DNA from: a bacterium
Lineage (GTDB): Bacteria; UBA8248
Direction of reading: 5' to 3'
DNA length: 64,000 bases
Assembly (NCBI GenBank): GCA_965219955.1
Contig: OZ244799.1
Coordinates: forward strand, 3,840,001-3,904,000
The notes beneath the pieces are model-generated. The model did not search any database. It was given only the letters and a program-made list of their open reading frames with translations, and was not told the origin of the DNA. Of the stretch, positions 29,452 through 38,630 are shown piece after piece. Position 1 is the first letter of the stretch, and each line of letters opens with the position of its first letter. Position numbers and translations under genes: made by a program.

Positions 29452-30555
29452 ATGGTCGACATGATCGATAAGGATAAAGAAGTGAGTGAGGACAAGGGAT
29501 CGAGCGAACCCGAACAGAGCGCTCAGGAGGCTCCCGCCCGCGTCCGGCTGCCCAAGCTGGGCGAGATCCTCCTGACGATTCCCCTGCCGGGCGTACCGCA
29601 ACTCTGGCGGGGCGATTACCTGATTGGCGCGCTCCTGCTGGGCCTCACCGCGGCCGGCTACATGATGTGCTCCGTCACGGGCATGTTCTTCCACGCCATC
29701 GCATTCGTTGACGTCTCCATCACGCGCACCGGCCGCATCATCAAGAACTCACGCCTGCGCATGTTCGCCTACCGGGCCTCTTTCGCGGGCGGCTTTCTGG
29801 CGATGTGGGAGCTCAGCGCATGGGAACTCGGCCCCAAGCAGTGGCTTTGCGTGGATCCGTTCTGGTTCGGTTCGCCCCTGCGCGTCATGGACTATATGGT
29901 GGAGATAACGCTCTCGGGCAGCCTCTTCGTCGATACCTGGACGACGATGTATGAGGCGTTCCTGGGCTACGTCCTGGGCGCGGCGCTTGGCATCGCCCTG
30001 GGCTTCATACTGGCGCGGCTGGAGACGCTGGCCGAGATACTCGACCCCTTCATCGTCGCGGTGAACGGCATTCCGCGCGTGGCGATGGCGCCGATTCTCA
30101 TCATCTGGTTCGGCATCGGAGTGGAGTCGAAGATCGTGCTGGCGGTGAGCCTGGTGCTCTTCCTCACCTTCATGAACACCTACTCGGGCCTGCGCGGCGT
30201 TGACCCCAACCTCAAGAACCTGGCCCAGGTGATGGGTGCGAACGAGATGCAGGTTCTCTGGAAGGTCACGCTGCCCGCCGCGATGCCCTGGATACTGACG
30301 GGCCTCAAGATCGGCGTTCCGTTCGCCATCATCGGGGCCATCCTGGGCGAGTTCATGGCGGCGAGCAAGGGGCTCGGCTTCATGATCCAGCACACGAGCA
30401 ACCTGTTCAACATTGCGGGCTCGTTCGCGGGCCTCATCCTGCTCATGTTCATCGTGCTGATCGCCAACGCGGCGGTGAACTGGCTGGAGCGCTATCTTCT
30501 TCGCTGGCGGCCCAAGCAACAGGCCGTAGGCGAGAGCGCGACAGACGTGTATTAG
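29452..30555 (+). CDS. NitT/TauT ABC permease (N-terminally extended)
   Basis: NGIPRVAMAPILIIWFGIG, LPAAMPWI, GEFMAASKGLG. Confidence 0.88.
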   Translation: MVDMIDKDKEVSEDKGSSEPEQSAQEAPARVRLPKLGEILLTIPLPGVPQLWRGDYLIGALLLGLTAAGYMMCSVTGMFFHAIAFVDVSITRTGRIIKNSRLRMFAYRASFAGGFLAMWELSAWELGPKQWLCVDPFWFGSPLRVMDYMVEITLSGSLFVDTWTTMYEAFLGYVLGAALGIALGFILARLETLAEILDPFIVAVNGIPRVAMAPILIIWFGIGVESKIVLAVSLVLFLTFMNTYSGLRGVDPNLKNLAQVMGANEMQVLWKVTLPAAMPWILTGLKIGVPFAIIGAILGEFMAASKGLGFMIQHTSNLFNIAGSFAGLILLMFIVLIANAAVNWLERYLLRWRPKQQAVGESATDVY

Positions 30556-30586
30556 GGTTTCGGGCTCGTATTCTTTCCGATTGGTC

Positions 30587-30734
30587 GTAGGGGCGGACCG
30601 ATGTGTCCGCCCTGGTTGTCGTGCATGCTGAACCCGTAGAGGCGACCTCCTCCTCGGGGTCGCCCCACAGTTCGCGAACCTCCCATACAATTTTGCAGTG
30701 GTTCTGGTAGGGACAGTTCGCGACCTGTCCCTAC
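30587..30734. repeat. Cluster of GTAG-type REP palindromes between convergent genes
   Basis: GTAGGGGCGGACCGATGTGTCCGCCC (30587), GTAGAGGCGACC..GGTCGCCCCAC (30636), GTAGGGACAG..CTGTCCCTAC (30707). Confidence 0.75.
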
Positions 30735-30738
30735 ACCC

Positions 30739-31530
30739 TCATGCGTCTTTGTCCGCCGGCGGGGTGACGCCGATTTCCCCGCGCATCAAACGGCGGAACG
30801 TCGAACGCCGCTGCGCCTCGCGCACGATGGCGCTTACGGCGCGCCTCCACGTCACGAACAAAACGCCGTCGGCTCGCTTGTGTTTTTTGCGCGCGAGTTT
30901 GCGGTCGCGTTCGATCTGGGAATCGTCCAGTTCGTCGTGGGAGACGACGGGCGGGTCGAGGTAGAAGACGTTCAGCCCGTTTTCCCAGAAACGGGAGAGC
31001 GCCTGGTCGATTTCCCGCATCATCATGGGCGTGTTCTCGAGAAAGTGGCGGGCCGCCTCGCGTGTGATGACGTAGCCCTCGCTGCCGTAGTCGTGGTAGC
31101 GGACCCGGCCGACCCGGTGCCCCGTAGCGAGGCGCTCGCACGGAATGAAGGTCTTTTTCAGCGAGCGCCTGTTCAGCTTTACGACGTCGAAGGTGAACGG
31201 CCTGCGCTCCAGCGCATCGAGCACTTTGGGCAAGTCTGCCGACAGCCCGGCGTCGTCCTCGAAGATCGCCGCGGTTTCAGGTCCGTTCTCCACGATCTCC
31301 CGCATCACCTGTCGCTGGCTTATCCAGTTGGCGATAGAGCCGTCGGCCTGGGGCCAGAGTCCCAGCCGCCGCCTGGTTTCCCTGTCGACCTGGGCGTAGT
31401 GCTCTTGCGTGAGTTCTCGAGCGTCGAGGGCGGGGTGAAACGTCGCCTTAAGACCCAGCGACGCGAATTGCTCCTCCATCCGGCGTCGGCGCTCGCAGGC
31501 TTTTTCGAGATTGATGACGAACGCTTTCAA
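30739..31530 (-). CDS. Glycosyltransferase family 25
   Basis: FVINLEKACERRRRM, ALDAR, IFEDDA, GSEGYVITREAA. Confidence 0.88.
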   Translation of the reverse strand: MKAFVINLEKACERRRRMEEQFASLGLKATFHPALDARELTQEHYAQVDRETRRRLGLWPQADGSIANWISQRQVMREIVENGPETAAIFEDDAGLSADLPKVLDALERRPFTFDVVKLNRRSLKKTFIPCERLATGHRVGRVRYHDYGSEGYVITREAARHFLENTPMMMREIDQALSRFWENGLNVFYLDPPVVSHDELDDSQIERDRKLARKKHKRADGVLFVTWRRAVSAIVREAQRRSTFRRLMRGEIGVTPPADKDA

Positions 31531-31752
31531 GTTTGGGTCCCCTCGTGGTGGCGGGTATTTTCAATTCCCCGCCGGACGATTTTTGACGCATATCCTTCTC
31601 TATTTTCAAAGCGGCTGCCAGTGGTAATTCACAGGGACTCTTTGGATTTGTTTATTTTCATTTTTCAATTCTTTCCTGGCGATGAGCAATGATCTGTTCA
31701 GGGGCCGCTAGACGTCACTTGAGCGCCTCGCGCAGCGCCGTCTCGCTTCGGT

Positions 31753-32550
31753 TCATGCTGAATCTCCGCGGTTCCGCGCGCTGCGCACCTTGCGATAAAA
31801 GTGTAACCGCTTGAGCGCCTCTTCTCTGAGATTGCTGAGCGCGCGGCGCCCCAGTTTCCAGAAATTCCGGCTCGGCCGGGAATCCGCCGCTTCTTGAAGA
31901 AAAGAATGTTCGCCCGCCTCGTTTCCATCGAACACGACGGGCGTTTCCAGGGAGAAGACGTTCAGCCCCGTCTCCCAGTATGCGTGCAGCGTATGATCGG
32001 TGCGGTTTATGATGCTAGGGAAGCGCTCCAGAAGACGTCTTGCCCCTTTTTTCGAAACGACGTAACTCTGCGTTCCCCAGTCAGAAAACTTCGTGATGCC
32101 CAGCCGAATGCCGGAATCGACTCTCTTGAGCGGCGCAAAGGGTTTATCTTTACTGTGTCGATGCAGAAAAACGAAGTCGAATTCCCAGCCCGAGGCGTAG
32201 AGGCGCGCAAGCGCATTGAGCGCGCCGCCGATTTCGGGCGCGAGCGTTACGTCGTCCTCGAAGACGGCGGCCAGTTCATCCTCGCCCGCAACGACGCCTT
32301 CGAGCGCCTTTCTGTGGCTTAAGTGGCAGGCGACCATGCCGTCGGAGAGTGGGCGGCGGCCCTCCAAATCGCGTGATTTCCTGTCCACGCGGGCCCAGTC
32401 CTCCTCATTCAGATCGCGCCAGTCGATGGCGTCTAAAATCTCGAACTCCATACCTAAAGCGTCGAACTGCCGGCGCATCGCCCGCCGCCTTGCATCGGCG
32501 CGCGGCAGGTTGATGATGATGTGCTTCATCGCGCGCGGCGCGTGGGTCAT
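31753..32550 (-). CDS. Glycosyltransferase family 25
   Basis: IINLPRADARR, ACHLSH, VFEDDV, GTQSYVVSKKGA. Confidence 0.88.
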   Translation of the reverse strand: MTHAPRAMKHIIINLPRADARRRAMRRQFDALGMEFEILDAIDWRDLNEEDWARVDRKSRDLEGRRPLSDGMVACHLSHRKALEGVVAGEDELAAVFEDDVTLAPEIGGALNALARLYASGWEFDFVFLHRHSKDKPFAPLKRVDSGIRLGITKFSDWGTQSYVVSKKGARRLLERFPSIINRTDHTLHAYWETGLNVFSLETPVVFDGNEAGEHSFLQEAADSRPSRNFWKLGRRALSNLREEALKRLHFYRKVRSARNRGDSA

Positions 32551-32640
32551 TGTTTGCTGCCCTCGTTCATTTATCGTCTCCGCAGGGAGACTGAAAATTT
32601 TGTTGTTTTCCGTCAGACGGAACTACCGCATCATCGGGGC

Positions 32641-32675
32641 GATAGTAGCATTTCTTCGCTGGTGGGGTAATGAGG
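32641..32675 (-). promoter_or_regulatory. Duplicated sigma70-type promoter, copy 1
   Basis: TTACCC-N17-TACTAT with extended TG; near-identical to 33473-33507. Confidence 0.6.
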
Positions 32676-32737
32676 GGGGGAGCGGTTGTCGAGTGCTCTG
32701 CAAGGGGGGAGTGATGTCCCTTCCCTCCCCGATCTGC

Positions 32738-33433
32738 TTAATGCCAGGACAGGTTGATGTAGGGGCTGTCGATGCCTCGGGCTTTTTCGTAGAGTGCGTT
32801 AACCCTCGGTTTATGGTCCGGGATACCGTTTTCGTGCGTTTCCGCGAAGATATTGTCGATGCGCGCCAGGACGTCCGGCCGGTCGAGCAAGGATTCCAGC
32901 AGGTCGACTTCTGCTCCCTCGATGTCAATCTTGAGTACGCCGATCTCTTCATCAAGACCTTCGATATATCGTATGAAGTCCGCCTGCCTGACCTCGATGG
33001 CGTTCTCTTCCGAGACATCCCTCTTGCCGGCGATGATTGAGCTCGATATCGAATACGAGGCAGGATCGTTCTCGAATCGGGCATGACGGTAGAGGAGAAT
33101 CTTTTTCTCGCAAGCGCCGGCCGCCGCGTTCACAATCGTGACGTTGTCAAGGTCCGCCACGTTGGCCCGCAGCTCCGCGCAGGCCCACGGGTCGGGTTCA
33201 AAGGCGATTACCTGCTTGGCGCCAAGCGCCATCTTCCTGGTGTACTTGCCGATGTTGGCGCCCAGGTCAATGCACGTCATGCCCTCTGAGCGGCGGAGCG
33301 CCTCGTCAAACGCCGCCTTGGCACTTTGCCCCATGAATTTGCGTTCGTAATAGCGTCCCCATTCACCCGGCAGCCTGCGCAGCAGGTTGTATCTGAAATA
33401 CTTGTAGGTTCGATAGAGACTATAATCTTTCAT
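32738..33433 (-). CDS. FkbM-family methyltransferase
   Basis: IDLGANIG, AFEPDP, LKIDIEGAE. Confidence 0.9.
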   Translation of the reverse strand: MKDYSLYRTYKYFRYNLLRRLPGEWGRYYERKFMGQSAKAAFDEALRRSEGMTCIDLGANIGKYTRKMALGAKQVIAFEPDPWACAELRANVADLDNVTIVNAAAGACEKKILLYRHARFENDPASYSISSSIIAGKRDVSEENAIEVRQADFIRYIEGLDEEIGVLKIDIEGAEVDLLESLLDRPDVLARIDNIFAETHENGIPDHKPRVNALYEKARGIDSPYINLSWH

Positions 33434-33472
33434 CGCTTCCCCCTGGCCGTCTCTACTCCATCTCCGAGGGCG

Positions 33473-33507
33473 GATAGTAGCATTTCTTCGTCGACGGGGT
33501 AACGAGG
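33473..33507 (-). promoter_or_regulatory. Duplicated sigma70-type promoter, copy 2
   Basis: TTACCC-CGTCGACGAAGAAATGC-TACTAT. Confidence 0.6.
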
Positions 33508-33597
33508 CGTGGGGCTGTTTCTCGCTCCTCGCCCGGAACAATCGCTCACTCCCGGGTTATGCGGCCCCTCCCTCCCCGCTCGGGGCTGACCCCCAAC

Positions 33598-33626
33598 TTG
33601 ACACAACCGGGGGCGCCCCATACCCT
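33598..33626 (+). promoter_or_regulatory. Sigma70 promoter of the DJ-1 gene
   Basis: TTGACA-N17-TACCCT. Confidence 0.6.
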
Positions 33627-33662
33627 CATTGGCAACTTCCATAGCGAGGGGTTCGAGACACC

Positions 33663-34349
33663 ATGCGATTCCAAATCGGCCTTCTTCTCTTCCCGAATCT
33701 CACCCAACTCGACATGACCGGTCCGTACGAGGTCTTCACCAAGTTCCCGGAGGCAGACGTCCATCTCGTCTGGAAGACGCCGGAGCCCGTCAAGGCCGGC
33801 GGCGGCATGCAGATATTGCCGACGACGACGTTCGCCGAATGTCCCGAGCTCGACCTCATCTGCGTGCCGGGCGGGGCGGGCATGAACCCGCTGCTTAACG
33901 ATGAGGAAACGCTCGACTTCGTACGCCGCCAGGCGGCGGGGGCGCGCTACGTCACCTCCGTATGCACGGGGTCGCTTGTCCTGGGCGCTGCGGGGCTGCT
34001 GCAGGGAAAACGCGCGACTTCGCACTGGATGTCGCTGCCGATGCTCGCCGCCTTCGGCTGCGAGCCCGTGGCCGAGCGCGTGGTCGTCGACGGCAACGTG
34101 ATCACCGGCGGCGGCGTCACGGCCGGCATCGATTTCGCCCTGACGGTGGCGGGGGAACTCTTGGGGGCCGAAGCCGCCCGGAAGATTCAACTCGGGATGG
34201 AGTACGACCCGCGTCCTCCGTTCGACGCTGGCTCTCCCGAACGGGCGGACCCGGCGATGGTGGCCGCCGTGCGTGACGGCGCCGCCGCGCGCCAGACCGA
34301 GCGCGAGGAAGCGGTCGAGGAGGCGGCCGGCCGGATCGGAGGCGATTGA
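33663..34349 (+). CDS. DJ-1/PfpI family protein (isonitrile hydratase-like)
   Basis: TQLDMTGP, CVPGG, TSVCTGSL, GGGVTAGIDF, EYDPRPPF. Confidence 0.9.
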   Translation: MRFQIGLLLFPNLTQLDMTGPYEVFTKFPEADVHLVWKTPEPVKAGGGMQILPTTTFAECPELDLICVPGGAGMNPLLNDEETLDFVRRQAAGARYVTSVCTGSLVLGAAGLLQGKRATSHWMSLPMLAAFGCEPVAERVVVDGNVITGGGVTAGIDFALTVAGELLGAEAARKIQLGMEYDPRPPFDAGSPERADPAMVAAVRDGAAARQTEREEAVEEAAGRIGGD

Positions 34350-34823
34350 TCAGGACTCAAGTCCTCATCGCGAACCCGGCCTTGCCGCCAATCGGCGATA
34401 CGGGTTGCGGCGGCAATCCGCTTCAGTGCATCGAACAGGGAGGTCGGCGACTTTCCCGGATGCTTCCCCCTTTTTTCCATTCCACAAAGTCCGGAAGAGC
34501 TTTTCCAGGTCCTCATCCGCGTTCCGGGTGCCGCTCGGGTCTTCTCCATCTCCGGCGCTCGCCATCCACCCGATCACGGCGTCTCTTTCGGCCTCTCCGT
34601 ATCCCAGAACCTGGCCTCGCACCGCCCGAGTGCTTCCGGGCTTCGATTCGCTCCACGGGATCTTCATCTCGCCCTGCATCCACAACGGTGAACTGAAAAA
34701 TCCGGGATGGATTCTCACGCTGAAATGAGGGATAATAAGAACTTCCAACGTCAGGAACGATTTTCAGGTTTCCCGCTTCGGATGAATCGGGATCATATCT
34801 TTTCCAACCCAGGAGGTAAGCAG

Positions 34824-35798
34824 ATGAGAACATGTCGTACCTTGTGCTTCATTCTGATAGCTGTGTTTGCCGTTGCATTGCCGTTGCAGTCTGCTTCGGC
34901 CGCGTTTCCCGAAAAGCCGATTCAGTTCATCATTCCCTTCGGCGCGGGCGGCGGCGCGGACATCGAGGGACGCCTGCTCGCCAAGGGTATGGCGAAAGAG
35001 CTCGGCGTTCCCGTGGTGGCCATCAACAAACCGGGCGCGGGCGGCGCCGTCACCTACACGTTCGTCAAGAACTCCAAGCCCGACGGCTATATCGTGGCCT
35101 GGAACTCCACCTCCATCCTGACCTCCACGAACATCGGCAACGTGCCGTGGGGCTATCAGGAACTCGACCACATCGGGCGGGTGCACTTCCAGCCCCTCGT
35201 GGTGGCGGTGAACGCCAAGTCGAAATGGAAGTCGGCCAAGGACTTCGTGGCGGATTGCAAGAAAAAGCCGAACACGCTCAAAATCGGCCACGCGGGCACC
35301 GGCAGCACCACGCACCTGACGGCCGTCATCTTCACGAACATGACGGGCTGTAAGGCCATTCTCGTTCCCCTGGGCGTGAAGCGGCGCAACGCGGCGCTTC
35401 TGAGCGGCGAGGTCGACGCCATGGGGGCGCCTCTCACGGGGGCGATTCGCCTGGCGAAAGCGAACAAGTTCCGCATCATCACCCACATCACAGGCAAGCG
35501 GAACCCGGCGATCCCCGACGTGCCCACCATGAAGGAAATGGGCCACGACATCGATTTCGACCATTTCCGGGGCTTGAGCGTGCCGAAGGGAACGCCCGCC
35601 GCGGTGAAGGCGAAGCTCGTGGACGCCATGACGAAGGCCGCCAACTCGGACGCCTTCAAGAAGCTGGCCAAGACGAAGGGCTTCACGATCGACCCGAGCG
35701 GGCCTGAAGAGTTCGGCAAAATGCTCGCCAAGCGCGACAAGATTGTCGCCGACATCATGAAGGCCACGGGCGTATACAAGTCCAAGGCGAAGAAATAA
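34824..35798 (+). CDS. tctC: Tripartite tricarboxylate transporter receptor (TctC/Bug)
   Basis: FPEKPI..PFGAGGGAD, NKPGAGG, PDVPTMKE, PKGTP. Confidence 0.9.
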   Translation: MRTCRTLCFILIAVFAVALPLQSASAAFPEKPIQFIIPFGAGGGADIEGRLLAKGMAKELGVPVVAINKPGAGGAVTYTFVKNSKPDGYIVAWNSTSILTSTNIGNVPWGYQELDHIGRVHFQPLVVAVNAKSKWKSAKDFVADCKKKPNTLKIGHAGTGSTTHLTAVIFTNMTGCKAILVPLGVKRRNAALLSGEVDAMGAPLTGAIRLAKANKFRIITHITGKRNPAIPDVPTMKEMGHDIDFDHFRGLSVPKGTPAAVKAKLVDAMTKAANSDAFKKLAKTKGFTIDPSGPEEFGKMLAKRDKIVADIMKATGVYKSKAKK

Positions 35799-35822
35799 CC
35801 GCGCAGGCCGCGCGACGTGCGG

Positions 35823-35860
35823 GGGCCGCCTCTTCCAGGGAGGGGGCGGCCCTCGTTTTC
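35823..35860 (+). terminator. Hairpin after tctC
   Basis: GGGCCGCCTCTTCC..GGAGGGGGCGGCCC followed by TCGTTTTC. Confidence 0.55.
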
Positions 35861-35893
35861 TGACTGTTTTCATCTCCTTCGGACGGATTCGGC

Positions 35894-36376
35894 ATGGGTC
35901 TGAGAAACATCGTCGGCGGGGTGGTCATCCTCGGCTTTACGCTCTACTACGGCGGCCTCGCCACCCTGCTGCCGAAGCGCACCACGACAGACGCGCCGGG
36001 GCCCCATTTCTTCCCCTACCTGATCACCGTCTCGATACTCTTCCTCAGCGCGGTGCTGATTCTGCAGGGGGTAAGGGGCCTGAAAGGCTCGGGCGGCCTC
36101 GCCGACCTGAGGCCCGAAAGACCTTCGGCGAACGAGAATTTCAGCATCGCCCGCGCAGCGGCCGGCTTGCTGCTCACGGGGCTCTATTTCTCTGCGCTTT
36201 CGACCTTCGGGTTCTTCTGGTCCACGCCCGTCTTTTTCGCCGCTCTCATGTGGACCTCGGGTGAGCGCCGTCCGCATATTCTCCTCACTCTGGCGATTAT
36301 CGTTCCCATGTTCCTGTTCTTTTTGTTCCGCGACCTTTTTCAGCTTCCCCTTCCAAGGGGAAGTTTTTTTGGATGA
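35894..36376 (+). CDS. tctB: TTT small membrane subunit
   Basis: GPHFFP, LFQLPLPRG; located between tctC and tctA. Confidence 0.85.
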   Translation: MGLRNIVGGVVILGFTLYYGGLATLLPKRTTTDAPGPHFFPYLITVSILFLSAVLILQGVRGLKGSGGLADLRPERPSANENFSIARAAAGLLLTGLYFSALSTFGFFWSTPVFFAALMWTSGERRPHILLTLAIIVPMFLFFLFRDLFQLPLPRGSFFG

Positions 36377-36382
36377 CGCAAG

Positions 36383-37891
36383 ATGAATGGTGATTTGCTC
36401 CAGGGGTTCTACCTCGCCCTCGCGCCGACGAGCATTCTGGCCACCGCCCTGGGCGCCCTGCACGGCCTCATATGCGGGATGATGCCGGGTCTGACGACGA
36501 GCGCGGGCATCATCATCCTCTTCCCGGTCACCTTCATCCTGGAGCCGACGACCGCCGTTGCGCTGCTGCTCGGCGTCTTCGCGGGCGGAATGACGGGGGG
36601 GAGCTTCGCCGCCATTCTCATCAACATCCCGGGTTCACCCTCGGCTTCGGCCACCACGATGGACGGATTCCCCCTCACCCAGAAGGGAGAAGCCGGGCGG
36701 GCGCTGGGCGTTTCCATCGTATCGAGCTTCACCGGCGGTCTTTTCAGCTTCTTCTGCCTCATACTGATCGCTCCCCAACTCACCAAAGTGGCTCTTCAGT
36801 TCCGGGCGGCCGACCTGTTCGGGCTGGTCTTTTTCGGCATGTCCGTCATCTCCGCCTTCGCGGCGAAATCGCTCGTCAAGGGTTTGTTGTCCACTTTTCT
36901 GGGCCTCATGATCGTGACGGTGGGGATGGATCCGCTCGTGGGCACGGCGCGCTTCACCTTCGGGGACGCGAACATGCTCGCGGGAATCCACTTCATCGCC
37001 GCCCTCGTGGGCCTGTTCGCCATTCCGGAAATCGTGGCGAACCTCGCGGAGGGGAACATACGCTCGGTCGCCTCGCGGTTCGGCCGCGTGTTTCCCAGTT
37101 GGGCGGACATCAAGAAAATCCGGCTTCCGGTGGCCATCGGCTCCATCGTGGGGACTTTCGTCGGTATCCTCCCGGGAGCGGGCGGCCCGATAGCCGTTTT
37201 CGTGAGCTACGACTACGCCCAGAAGATCAGCAAGGAGCCCGAGCAATTCGGAAAGGGCTGCGTGGAGGGCGTGGCCGCGCCCGAATCGGCGAACAGCTCC
37301 ATCGCCGGCGGGGCGCTTATTCCGATGATGACGCTGGGAATTCCTGGCGACCCGATAACCGCCATCCTCATTGGCGCCCTGCTGGTACACGGCATGGCGC
37401 CGGGGCCGCTTCTTTTCGTGGAGCAGGGTCCCTTCGCGTTTTCGGTGCTCTTCTCGTATTTCATCGCAATTTGCAGCACGGCGACGGTCGCGTTCCTGGG
37501 CTTGAGGCTTATCGTGAAACTGCTGTCCATACCCCGCTCGCTGCTGCTTCCGATTATCGTCTCCCTGTGCGTTCTGGGGACGTACGCGCTCAGGAATTCC
37601 TTCTTCGACATCTACGTCATGTTCTTCTTCGGCCTCGTGGCGCTTTCCTTCAAGTGGCTCGATATTCCGGTCGTTCCCATGCTGCTTGCGCTCGTGCTGG
37701 GGCGGCAGCTCGAGGAGCACATGCGGGTCGCCCTGGCCTCGTCAAAGGGCGACATCTCGATTTTCTTCACCTCGCCGTGGTGTCTGTTCTTCCTGTGCCT
37801 CTCGGTGGTCTCCTTCGCCTGGCCGTTCTTTCTCGAATGGAGAGTCAGGAAAAGAGCGCTCAAGAACGCGTCCACCACGTCCTCCGCTTAG
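36383..37891 (+). CDS. tctA: TTT large membrane subunit
   Basis: GMMPGL, INIPGSP, DGFPL, AAPESANS, TLGIPGD. Confidence 0.92.
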   Translation: MNGDLLQGFYLALAPTSILATALGALHGLICGMMPGLTTSAGIIILFPVTFILEPTTAVALLLGVFAGGMTGGSFAAILINIPGSPSASATTMDGFPLTQKGEAGRALGVSIVSSFTGGLFSFFCLILIAPQLTKVALQFRAADLFGLVFFGMSVISAFAAKSLVKGLLSTFLGLMIVTVGMDPLVGTARFTFGDANMLAGIHFIAALVGLFAIPEIVANLAEGNIRSVASRFGRVFPSWADIKKIRLPVAIGSIVGTFVGILPGAGGPIAVFVSYDYAQKISKEPEQFGKGCVEGVAAPESANSSIAGGALIPMMTLGIPGDPITAILIGALLVHGMAPGPLLFVEQGPFAFSVLFSYFIAICSTATVAFLGLRLIVKLLSIPRSLLLPIIVSLCVLGTYALRNSFFDIYVMFFFGLVALSFKWLDIPVVPMLLALVLGRQLEEHMRVALASSKGDISIFFTSPWCLFFLCLSVVSFAWPFFLEWRVRKRALKNASTTSSA

Positions 37892-37934
37892 AAAGCGCAC
37901 CGGCCGGCCTCATCGCCGCTCGTCGGATCGAGGC

Positions 37935-38426
37935 GAGCCTGTCGAGAAACCTGGCAAGCAACTCCTATGGAAACTCTCACCACCGAGGAGAATTTCAAAT
38001 TCACTCCCCCCCTTGAGGGGATTGTTGAAAAAGGCCTATCCGACCTTCGAGATTGTTCGCCGTAGGGACAGGCCTCCGTGCCTGTCCTGCGTCTCCGGGT
38101 CGTATGCCAACAACGGGCGGGCACGGAGGCCCGCCCCTACGGGAAAACACGTCTCCCTGCCAATCTCCCTTGTCAGGGAGGCTTTTTCAACAACCCCTTG
38201 AGGGTCTGGCTTCCCGAGGGGAAAGCCAGACGATGAAGCCGAGCGTTTTTTGCGAAGGCTGATGCGGTGGGGGGCAAAATGCGTTTTAGCGCCATTCCGA
38301 ATTATACCCCCCACCGAATCGCTTGCGGGCTTACGCCCTTAGCTCTTCGTCGGTCTTCCCGAGGAGGAAAGACCGACCCTCAAGGGGGGAGTGATTCCTC
38401 TCTCCTCGGGCTTTTTCAACAACCCC
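37935..38426. mobile_element. Outer MITE (cargo B) with GAGGC target duplication
   Basis: GAGGC|GAGCCTGTCGAGAAAC ... CTTTTTCAACAACCCC|GAGGC; reverse-orientation homolog of 53389-53676. Confidence 0.75.
38018..38197. mobile_element. Inner nested MITE (cargo C, GTAG-REP doublet) with TTGAG target duplication
   Basis: TTGAG|GGGATTGTTGAAAAAG ... CTTTTTCAACAACCCC|TTGAG; inverted REPs at 38062-38088 and 38115-38140. Confidence 0.8.
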
Positions 38427-38630
38427 GAGGCGGGAGGTTTCCGGCGTCTCAGCCCGGGCGTCTTGGCAGGGATTCGACGCGAAAATCACGGCCTTGACCC
38501 TGAATCGAGGCTCATCTAACCTGTTCCATATATCGAAAATAAACTTATGCTGACGGCTGGCGTCGTTCTCTGAAGAGCCTGATTCCGGCTGTACGGATTC
38601 GTATGTTTCCATCTTCAAGGGGGGCTTCTC

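Noticed and set aside
30739-33507. Integron cassette array (GT25, GT25, FkbM)
   Set aside because: No attC-like sites recognised and no integrase; the repeats look like promoters.
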